Positions 1 to 6,411 of a stretch of DNA of 46,150 bases are shown piece after piece (position 1 is the stretch's first letter; the number at the start of each line of letters is the position of its first letter). This DNA comes from Escherichia phage vB_EcoD_SU57. Location of the stretch: the sequence record MT511058.1. One strand, 5' to 3'. Under the pieces are notes generated by a model, which did not search any database, was not told the DNA's origin, and saw only the letters and a list, made by a program, of their open reading frames with translations. The position numbers and the translations under genes were made by a program.

Positions 1-124
1 CCAATCGATGAGCCATTCTTGTGATATGCGAGTAACCCACGTATACCAAGTGTCGTCACAAAAGTTAGTGGGCACTAACCTACGTTTTTACGCGAGATAT
101 ACACACGATATACATTAAAATAGC

Positions 125-180
125 TATATATATCAACCTTTTACTTTATTATTATTATTATTATTATATATATGTATACT
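125..180. repeat. AT-rich repeat block copy 1 (TATATATATCAACCTTTTACTTTATTATTATTATTATTATATATATGTATACT); near-identical copy at 26671-26727
   Basis: direct comparison of the two long non-coding regions. Confidence 0.6.
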
Positions 181-393
181 GCGTATACCGATCATTGGTG
201 AGATAATTGATATGTTCCGCGCAGATATTCTGTCACCTGTAGGAAAAGGATGACATTGTAGGAATAGATAGGCATGCATGCGGCCTGGTGGGTAAAAAAG
301 TGTATACACGGCGTACGCGCAATATACATATAGAGATGATGCGGTGCTAGAGGCGGTTTTGCGTATTAGGTTAAAAATATACAAAGAAATACT

Positions 394-423
394 TTGACTA
401 ACGCGTAAATCTGATGCAATATA
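394..423 (+). promoter_or_regulatory. candidate sigma70-type promoter (TTGACT -35, weak CAATAT -10) upstream of first early gene
   Basis: consensus-like -35 hexamer with 17 nt spacer, about 40 nt upstream of ATG 463. Confidence 0.3.
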
Positions 424-462
424 CCAATCACTGAAACGAAGTACACAACAACGAGGTGATAT

Positions 463-1005
463 ATGAATGAAGTAACGCTTGGTGAAGTAATCAGGAATAT
501 GGTAAGTAAAGCCATGGAGTCCAGCAGTGGTGAGTTTAAGGTTCCTGTAAGGGAAATATTCAAGGTGCTTAGAGGTCGGGATTATCCTGAGCTAAAGTAT
601 GATGTTGAAACTGATGAGATCATCAACCTTAAGGAGCGGTCAATTCCAGAATTGAAGAACTCATACATTTACAATACGGTATCAAGGATGCCTCAGCTAA
701 GAGTTGCAGGAAAGCATGCTAAGCACAAGATAATCTGGATTGATGATGATGGTGAGCAGACGAGTGCAAAGCAATTCGACGGTGACGGTGCAGATAAGTA
801 TCTTGTAATCCAGATCTGCGATGGTGAACATAAGAAGAGCGAGAGCGCCAGGCGAAAGAGAGATAGCGACGCTGCTGTTATTGAATCATTCAAGTCAAGA
901 CTAATGAAGGTAGTACCTAGCGTTATGGACTTAGATGGTGAGCAGAAGGTTGGCGCAGAGATTGCTATCGGTAGATTTTATGATTTGATTAAGGATGCTA
1001 AATAA
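463..1005 (+). CDS. hypothetical early protein (180 aa)
   Basis: ORF with GAGGTGA RBS; no recognisable motif. Confidence 0.6.
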   Translation: MNEVTLGEVIRNMVSKAMESSSGEFKVPVREIFKVLRGRDYPELKYDVETDEIINLKERSIPELKNSYIYNTVSRMPQLRVAGKHAKHKIIWIDDDGEQTSAKQFDGDGADKYLVIQICDGEHKKSESARRKRDSDAAVIESFKSRLMKVVPSVMDLDGEQKVGAEIAIGRFYDLIKDAK

Positions 1006-1529
1006 TGTTTGATTTCAACGAAGACAAATTGACGGATGAACAGATTATGAGTATTGCAAAGCAGGATGGAATTCCACCGCTACGGATTGCAATCAATGCA
1101 AATGGGTATCGGCATGTTCAGCACCTCTGGGGCCAGCCTGATGCATCTGGAGTCTACATAGATGAAGAGCTGGGAGTTCTGATTAAGTTGATTAGGAAAA
1201 TGGCAAGGAACGGGAGGGGAGTGGTGGGTGTCAAGTCTGTACACGAGGGCGCTCGCAAGATTAAGCCGTTCGTAGGACGCTTTGATGTCATGCGCATAAT
1301 CAAGGATGAACTAATCCCAGCACTTGATAAGATGAATCTCACATGCCTCATTGGCGATAAGATTTATGTTCATCCGGCAATCATTGATGAGTACTGGCAG
1401 CCTAACTTCAAAACTTACGAAGGTGAACATGCTAGTAGACTACCATACCACTTGCGGTACAGCGAGGAAGAGGTTGAGGTGGCCATTGAGTTCTATAGGA
1501 AAGCTAAATCACTACTGAATGGTAAATAG
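1005..1529 (+). CDS. truncated paralog of the DUF3987-like protein at 42454-44037 (shares N-terminal about 40 aa and C-terminal about 85 aa, lacks the central P-loop domain)
   Basis: N-term MFDFNEDKL...LRIAINANGYR and C-term GVVG..ARK.KPF...TCLIGDK.Y match both ends of the 527 aa protein. Confidence 0.6.
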   Translation: MFDFNEDKLTDEQIMSIAKQDGIPPLRIAINANGYRHVQHLWGQPDASGVYIDEELGVLIKLIRKMARNGRGVVGVKSVHEGARKIKPFVGRFDVMRIIKDELIPALDKMNLTCLIGDKIYVHPAIIDEYWQPNFKTYEGEHASRLPYHLRYSEEEVEVAIEFYRKAKSLLNGK

Positions 1530-1569
1530 CACTTTTTGCCTAACGCGGTAATGCCATGGATGGCATAAT
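1526..1569 (+). promoter_or_regulatory. box variant ATAGCACTTTTTGCCTAAC plus CATAAT hexamer 22 nt after TTGCCT
   Basis: box overlaps stop codon of upstream gene; fixed 22 nt phasing. Confidence 0.5.
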
Positions 1570-1608
1570 AGCCTCATCGAAACGAGATACGTAAATTAGG
1601 GATTTAAA

Positions 1609-1827
1609 ATGAGCAAGACAATCACGCTGCAATGCCTTAAGACAAATAATCCAGAGTTCTTAAAAGGTCACAAATATGTAGCAACTCTGGTAGACGGTAA
1701 AACATGGGCAGTTAAGGGGGGATTCCAGGATTACAAATTCCCACTCGAGCACATTCCTGGTGGAAATCTTGGTTTTGTTAGTAGCTGCCGCTCGGTTAAG
1801 TTCGTGTTTGAAGTGGTAATGAAATAG
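1609..1827 (+). CDS. hypothetical protein (72 aa)
   Basis: ORF with RBS, between two box elements. Confidence 0.55.
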   Translation: MSKTITLQCLKTNNPEFLKGHKYVATLVDGKTWAVKGGFQDYKFPLEHIPGGNLGFVSSCRSVKFVFEVVMK

Positions 1828-1867
1828 CACGAATTGCTAAACAATGGATCGGGTAGTCGGCTACGAT
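1824..1867 (+). promoter_or_regulatory. box ATAGCACGAATTGCTAAAC plus TACGAT hexamer at 22 nt
   Basis: consensus box overlapping TAG stop of upstream gene. Confidence 0.5.
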
Positions 1868-1897
1868 TACCCCATCGACAACAACGAGGAAATGAAG

Positions 1898-2131
1898 ATG
1901 GAAAACAATTACGAAATGAAAACAGATCGCAAGCTCTTTAAAGACATGGAAGGCGACGACTGCTGGATTGACACGATGACAAATTTCGGAGATGTCACTG
2001 TCGAGATTGTAATTGACGATGACTCTGGAACCTTTCCCGTGCAAGATGCGGATACCGTACGCGCAATGGGTGAGCACTTAATCAAGATGGCTGACTACAT
2101 GGAGAGCCAGGGGAAATTATCTGTAAATTAA
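1898..2131 (+). CDS. hypothetical protein (77 aa); tandem paralog of 2170-2373
   Basis: start moved to second ATG (RBS GAGG spacing 8); same leader and first codons as next gene. Confidence 0.5.
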   Translation: MENNYEMKTDRKLFKDMEGDDCWIDTMTNFGDVTVEIVIDDDSGTFPVQDADTVRAMGEHLIKMADYMESQGKLSVN

Positions 2132-2169
2132 TCAAGATTCGCATTATCAATAACAACGAGGAAATGAAG

Positions 2170-2373
2170 ATGGAAAATATTCGTATTGAAGATGTTCACT
2201 TTGACCAAGCTGAGGTCGGAATCACAAAAAGCGTTCAAGGATACGTTGTTTATCTAGACTTCAATCCTGATGACTACGGGGACGGGCAGATGCTGATGCA
2301 CTACAGTCCTGATCAGGCGCGCAATCTGGCGGCGGCATTAATCCTGGCGGCGGACGAGATGGAGAAGCAATGA
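2170..2373 (+). CDS. hypothetical protein (67 aa); tandem paralog of 1898-2131
   Basis: identical leader AACAACGAGGAAATGAAGATGGAAAA; C-terminal A..L...AD.ME pattern shared. Confidence 0.5.
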   Translation: MENIRIEDVHFDQAEVGITKSVQGYVVYLDFNPDDYGDGQMLMHYSPDQARNLAAALILAADEMEKQ

Positions 2374-2633
2374 AACGTTTAATGACATGCATGACCATTA
2401 TTGCGGCAATGATTGTTCTTACTGGTTGCGAGAAGGCACCAGAGGTTCAGATTCAGTCAGGTGAATTCAATGTGGAGCGTCTATTCACAGTGGATGGATG
2501 TACCGCCTACAGATTCCGAGATAGCGATAGAGCCATCTACTACACAAATTGCCATGGCAGTACGCAGAGTGAGTACAGGTCCGGCAAGGTCATGAAGAAA
2601 GAAACAGTTCAGACAGATCGCACGAATTGGTAA
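2370..2633 (+). CDS. putative lipoprotein (87 aa)
   Basis: hydrophobic signal peptide followed by lipobox LTGC; 3 prime end lies inside a box variant. Confidence 0.6.
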   Translation: MKRLMTCMTIIAAMIVLTGCEKAPEVQIQSGEFNVERLFTVDGCTAYRFRDSDRAIYYTNCHGSTQSEYRSGKVMKKETVQTDRTNW

Positions 2634-2660
2634 AAGGGGATTCATCATGACTGGTATAAT
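2617..2660 (+). promoter_or_regulatory. box variant ATCGCACGAATTGGTAAAAG plus extended -10 TGGTATAAT at 22 nt
   Basis: box lies at the 3 prime end of the lipoprotein gene; TATAAT at 2655-2660. Confidence 0.5.
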
Positions 2661-2813
2661 CCCCAGCATCAACCACATGAATGGAAGTTAAGTGACGATA
2701 TACGAACATAAATTCAGTAGCAGGGGTATTGATATGCTACTGCACTATATAGACGAAAAATACGCAAAGCTCATGCTTAAGACGCATGGCGGCACAATAA
2801 CTAGGGTTGAGAT

Positions 2814-3074
2814 ATGAGTAAGTACGATCGTGAAATTATTGGAATTGATGGCACGGTAACAACAGTGGATGTTTATCGCGTACTTGATGCATTTGGTGTA
2901 TCTGACCCAGCCACGCAGCATGCGATAAAGAAGATGCTCTGCGCAGGCTTGCGTGGCCACAAGGATTACCTTACCGACCTCAATGACTCGATTGATTCGT
3001 TACAGAAAGCTAAGGAGCTTTACGGGCAGAAGATGATTCATGAATCGTCTAAATCAATTCGGGTTGTTAAATAG
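2814..3074 (+). CDS. hypothetical protein (86 aa)
   Basis: ORF; stop TAG inside next box. Confidence 0.55.
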   Translation: MSKYDREIIGIDGTVTTVDVYRVLDAFGVSDPATQHAIKKMLCAGLRGHKDYLTDLNDSIDSLQKAKELYGQKMIHESSKSIRVVK

Positions 3075-3114
3075 CACTAATTGCTAAGCCCGCTCCGGCT
3101 GGTTTTGTTATAGT
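3071..3114 (+). promoter_or_regulatory. box ATAGCACTAATTGCTAA plus TGTTATAGT at 22 nt
   Basis: fixed phasing, extended -10 like. Confidence 0.5.
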
Positions 3115-3148
3115 TAGTCAACACCAAGCGAGAGGAAAGGAAGTAAAG

Positions 3149-3334
3149 ATGATTTATCTAACAAAAGAAGAGCTTAAGGCGATAATTATGATTCGTGAGC
3201 TGCTTAGCAAGGAGATGAAAACACCAAAGTCAAAGATTTACGTATGGGAGTTGTTTGATGACTATGTAAACCTTGATGATTTCACATCTGCCGTTCAGAA
3301 AATTAAAGAAGGTATTTTCGATGATTACAATTAA
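3149..3334 (+). CDS. hypothetical protein (61 aa)
   Basis: ORF with GAGGAAAGGAAG RBS. Confidence 0.55.
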   Translation: MIYLTKEELKAIIMIRELLSKEMKTPKSKIYVWELFDDYVNLDDFTSAVQKIKEGIFDDYN

Positions 3335-3539
3335 CCTGTCAGAAAAGCAAGCAGCAGAGCTGAAGTACATGCTATCAATCTTTGAGAAGCCAAATGAAAG
3401 AGTAATTTCCAAAGAGGTTATTACTCAAATCAACAACCAGCAGTTCGACGTCAGCGACTTCGAGAGTTCAAGGCAATACGAGACAATGAGCGTCAATGCT
3501 GCATACCTGGCTAATTTGGATAGGGCGACTAATAAATGA
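3321..3539 (+). CDS. hypothetical protein (72 aa)
   Basis: start moved to ATG 3321 overlapping upstream stop; track ORF 3273 overlaps previous gene. Confidence 0.45.
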   Translation: MITINLSEKQAAELKYMLSIFEKPNERVISKEVITQINNQQFDVSDFESSRQYETMSVNAAYLANLDRATNK

Positions 3540-3679
3540 TTTACATCCATACGTACTACACTGGCAAGTTCAACAGCGTTAAGCATGTTCGAGTTCACGA
3601 TAGCTACGAGAGCGCAAAGGCCCAATGGTTGGTTCTTGGTGGTGATATTAATTCATATAGAGTAGCCGAGCGGCACTAA
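3536..3679 (+). CDS. small hypothetical protein (47 aa)
   Basis: ATGA start-stop overlap with upstream gene; stop TAA inside box at 3671. Confidence 0.3.
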   Translation: MIYIHTYYTGKFNSVKHVRVHDSYESAKAQWLVLGGDINSYRVAERH

Positions 3680-3713
3680 TTGCTAAAACAGTACCGGGGT
3701 AATTTGTTATAGT
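3671..3713 (+). promoter_or_regulatory. box variant CGGCACTAATTGCTAAAAC plus TGTTATAGT at 22 nt
   Basis: fixed phasing. Confidence 0.5.
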
Positions 3714-3744
3714 TACCCCATCTAAAAGAGATGAGGGATTACAG

Positions 3745-3927
3745 ATGGCACGATTTGCCCAATCAGAACCAAAGCTGCAAGCCAACCACTTCGACGGTTA
3801 TGCGACATTCATCATCGCCCAGGCATGCGGGATGCGTGAGGAGCCTCAGGTTCACACCATCCATTTAACAGAAGAGCAAGCTCGAGAGTTGGCTTACGAA
3901 ATTCTAGAGCAATTGAACCGAATTTAA
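3745..3927 (+). CDS. hypothetical protein (60 aa)
   Basis: ORF with RBS. Confidence 0.5.
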   Translation: MARFAQSEPKLQANHFDGYATFIIAQACGMREEPQVHTIHLTEEQARELAYEILEQLNRI

Positions 3928-3976
3928 CTAGCCTAAAACGCATTCTAACGAGCTATAATTTAAGTAAGGTGATTCT

Positions 3977-4138
3977 ATGATTAAGGTTATTTATGTTGGC
4001 GATAGTGATTATGTGGCGCTCATTCAACGTGGTGATGTGTTCTTCGCGGAGTTGAGTAAAGACGGCAATTGCTACATTGTAAAGAATAAGAATGGCGAGG
4101 ATATTTACCTCTCAAAAGATGAGGTAATCATTTACTAA
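3977..4138 (+). CDS. small hypothetical protein (53 aa)
   Basis: ORF with AAGGTGA RBS; below track size cutoff. Confidence 0.3.
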   Translation: MIKVIYVGDSDYVALIQRGDVFFAELSKDGNCYIVKNKNGEDIYLSKDEVIIY

Positions 4139-4269
4139 TGGATAACTACGAATCACCAAGCCAGTGGTGCAAACGAATGCAGGACGAAGCCAAAGCGGGC
4201 GAAGATGCTATGGCTTACTACGAGCTGGCGCAAATTTGGATGGAGAGGGAGGACAAAAGCAATGGTTAA
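4138..4269 (+). CDS. small hypothetical protein (43 aa)
   Basis: TAATG overlap with upstream ORF. Confidence 0.25.
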   Translation: MDNYESPSQWCKRMQDEAKAGEDAMAYYELAQIWMEREDKSNG

Positions 4270-4414
4270 CACTTGCATTTATTTTTATTGCCATGAATTT
4301 ATTGATGACTTAATGTACTTTCACGAAAAGTATGGCGACACATTCGAATGCGATGGTGACAATCTTGAGGTTCTAGCGACATTCAATAGGGGTGGCAAAA
4401 ATGAGTTTCACTGA
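4262..4414 (+). CDS. small hypothetical Cys/His-containing protein (50 aa)
   Basis: internal ATG of track ORF 4205 with GAGGGAGG RBS. Confidence 0.3.
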   Translation: MVNTCIYFYCHEFIDDLMYFHEKYGDTFECDGDNLEVLATFNRGGKNEFH

Positions 4415-4553
4415 ATATGTTATCGCATGTGAACGACTGGTCTTTGATATGAAGACTTTTCACTGGTTCATAATTAAGGATTTAATAAAGCCTTACAAGA
4501 AAGGTGTGACACCTGAGGTATTTATCAAGAACTTCTATAGCAATAAAAGCTAA
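4401..4553 (+). CDS. small hypothetical protein (50 aa)
   Basis: ORF ending at TAA inside degenerate box. Confidence 0.25.
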   Translation: MSFTEYVIACERLVFDMKTFHWFIIKDLIKPYKKGVTPEVFIKNFYSNKS

Positions 4554-4580
4554 ACGCAGTCGCCACGGATGGCATATAAT
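4537..4580 (+). promoter_or_regulatory. degenerate box ATAGCAATAAAAGCTAAAC plus TATAAT at 22 nt
   Basis: fixed phasing; TATAAT at 4575-4580. Confidence 0.45.
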
Positions 4581-4613
4581 TAACGCATCAACACAACGAG
4601 AGAGATAAAGCAA

Positions 4614-4811
4614 ATGAACAAAAAATCAAATGAAGCGACTAAAGTTAAATCACATATCGCAGAAAATAATTATGAGGAGTCTTTGGATTTGGGTTTCAAT
4701 TCAAGAAAAGTGATTGTTAACGGAATCATGGGTTTTCATTCTCGCTGCGTTATAGCTAAACCAGTTATTGGCTTTGAGTCTCGATGCGTCTTTGTTGGTG
4801 GAGTCTTATAA
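4614..4811 (+). CDS. hypothetical protein (65 aa) with internal tandem repeat GFHSRCVIAKPVIGFESRCVF
   Basis: ORF with RBS; internal direct repeat visible in protein. Confidence 0.5.
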   Translation: MNKKSNEATKVKSHIAENNYEESLDLGFNSRKVIVNGIMGFHSRCVIAKPVIGFESRCVFVGGVL

Positions 4812-5050
4812 TGTTCGGATTATCAGAAGCGCACTTCAACGCAGTTAAACGTCAGGCCGCAAAGTTGAACGAAGAGTACAGCAAGCTATCGCCAAATCAG
4901 CGTAAGGACGATAAGCATGTTGCGACGTTGATTTCTAAGATGTGGGAGCCAGTTTTTACAATCATTAGTCGAGATCGATTTGTGTGGGTAGCTGGTTATT
5001 TGCGTGGTCGAGTGGGTCACGACGAGAATGGGAATAGCCTTTATGAGTAA
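4811..5050 (+). CDS. hypothetical protein (79 aa)
   Basis: start at ATG 4811 overlapping upstream stop (TAATG). Confidence 0.45.
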   Translation: MFGLSEAHFNAVKRQAAKLNEEYSKLSPNQRKDDKHVATLISKMWEPVFTIISRDRFVWVAGYLRGRVGHDENGNSLYE

Positions 5051-5225
5051 TTGCAATAAGCATAGGTATAAGTACGCATTTAGCACAAGACTTACAGCAA
5101 ATGACATAAAGCAACTTAAGCTGGGTTACTTTAAATCAAGAAAAAAGAACAATCGCGTCGGTGACTCTAGATCATTTTATGAATGCGTTAATTGCGGCGA
5201 TATGATTGCAATGGAGTTATTATGA
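5043..5225 (+). CDS. hypothetical protein (60 aa) with C-terminal CxxC
   Basis: internal ATG of track ORF 5004. Confidence 0.35.
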   Translation: MSNCNKHRYKYAFSTRLTANDIKQLKLGYFKSRKKNNRVGDSRSFYECVNCGDMIAMELL

Positions 5226-5503
5226 GTGAATTAACAATCTGGTTTATCGCAGGGCTGATTACTTGGGCTTACTTTTTAATCGTTTAGATTGAGCTTGTTA
5301 AAAATAGCTTGCATCACTGACTGGAAGCGCATAACATTAACCACGTAGGCAAACGAGCCATCCAAGATGGAACGGCGCACGGAGCGCAACTACTAAGTCC
5401 GTTGCTCATTAAGTAGCGTATGCGGCATTAAGACCTAGCGCAAATAGGCAGATTAATCGGCTGTATCAGGCAGCCCCGGAGCCGTAACCGGGACTCATTC
5501 AAG

Positions 5504-5581
5504 GCTCTGCTAGCTCAATTGGACAGAAGCAACGACCTTCTAAGTCGTAGGTTACTGGTTCGAATCCAGTGCGGAGCGCCA
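5504..5581 (+). tRNA. tRNA-Arg (anticodon UCU, reads AGA)
   Basis: hand-folded cloverleaf: 7 bp acceptor stem with one G-U pair, D-loop with GG, anticodon loop CTTCTAA, T-arm ACTGG/TTCGAAT/CCAGT, encoded CCA. Confidence 0.75.
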
Positions 5582-5596
5582 ATAAAGGAGTTCATT

Positions 5597-5779
5597 ATGT
5601 GGGATGTGAAGTTGTCCATTCGCTTAATGGGCCGCTCGTGCAAGAATTGCACTCAAGAATACATCGCGTCAGTTGCCGCAATCAGCGCTGAGGATGCGGT
5701 AGCGAAAGTTAAGGAGATGTCAGGTGCTGACCCTGACACCCACAAATTCCTAGTAGCTTACGTTCGTGAGCGAAAGTAA
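5597..5779 (+). CDS. hypothetical protein (60 aa)
   Basis: AAGGAG RBS 6 nt upstream; the track N-terminal extension overlaps the tRNA. Confidence 0.5.
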   Translation: MWDVKLSIRLMGRSCKNCTQEYIASVAAISAEDAVAKVKEMSGADPDTHKFLVAYVRERK

Positions 5780-5821
5780 AAAGTGTTATACCCTCGTTAA
5801 GTTTCGTTTCTCTCGTTGTTT

Positions 5822-5845
5822 AGCCCTCGCTTGAGGGCTTTTTTT
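5822..5845 (+). terminator. rho-independent terminator (AGCCCTC GCTT GAGGGCT plus T-run)
   Basis: GC-rich hairpin followed by T-run. Confidence 0.65.
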
Positions 5846-5856
5846 CGTCTGTAATA

Positions 5857-5865
5857 TGGTATAAT
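5857..5865 (+). promoter_or_regulatory. extended -10 promoter TGGTATAAT upstream of terS
   Basis: TGnTATAAT 23 nt upstream of ATG 5889; no box. Confidence 0.45.
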
Positions 5866-5888
5866 CTGACCTCAACAAAGGAGGATTT

Positions 5889-6395
5889 ATGAGCAAAGCA
5901 GCATTAAAGATGGGCGAGGGAAATTTCAAGGCGCTCTACAACAAGAAGTATGGCGATATTGCTATGGTGGCAATCAACCGTAAGTACACGCCTGAGGAAG
6001 TTTTCGATTTCGCTGTTCGATACTTTTCATGGGCTGAATCTGAAGCAATTAAGGCTATTGAGACGGCTGCTTTCCAGGGTGTGGTTAGCGAAAGTCTGGT
6101 GCATAAACCTCGAGTGTTCACCTTAACCGGCCTGGCGCTCTTCATGGGTGTTAATATCAACAGGTTCGCTCGCTGGCGTACTGAGGCTGGATACTCTGAT
6201 GTGATGGAATTCATTGACAACGTAATCTACGAGCAGAAGTATCAGCTTGGCGTTGCAGGTATTATAAACTCTACAATCGTTGGTAAAGAACTTGGCATTG
6301 ATAAGCCGCAGGAGATTAAGATTAGCAACAACTCCACAGCTAACGACGTTGATAGCATGAAGGAAGCGCTGGAGTCCGTGATTAGTAAGCTATAA
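5889..6395 (+). CDS. terS: terminase small subunit (putative)
   Basis: 168 aa gene immediately upstream of terL with own promoter and RBS; call is positional. Confidence 0.55.
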   Translation: MSKAALKMGEGNFKALYNKKYGDIAMVAINRKYTPEEVFDFAVRYFSWAESEAIKAIETAAFQGVVSESLVHKPRVFTLTGLALFMGVNINRFARWRTEAGYSDVMEFIDNVIYEQKYQLGVAGIINSTIVGKELGIDKPQEIKISNNSTANDVDSMKEALESVISKL

Positions 6396-6411
6396 AAACG
6401 AGGGTATAACA

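Noticed and set aside
133-563. Reverse-strand track ORFs 133-384 and 366-563 in the left non-coding region
   Set aside because: They run through AT-rich repeats, lack an RBS, and one overlaps the 463-1005 gene start; likely spurious.
1824-1842. Resemblance of the box TAGCAC-N3-TTGCTA to a sigma54 promoter (TGGCAC-N5-TTGCA)
   Set aside because: The invariant GG of the -24 element is AG here and the spacing between elements is 2 nt shorter than sigma54 requires, so it is not a sigma54 promoter.
5519-5779. Track ORF of 86 aa overlapping the tRNA
   Set aside because: The N-terminal 26 codons are the tRNA itself read in frame; the real start is ATG 5597 after an AAGGAG RBS.
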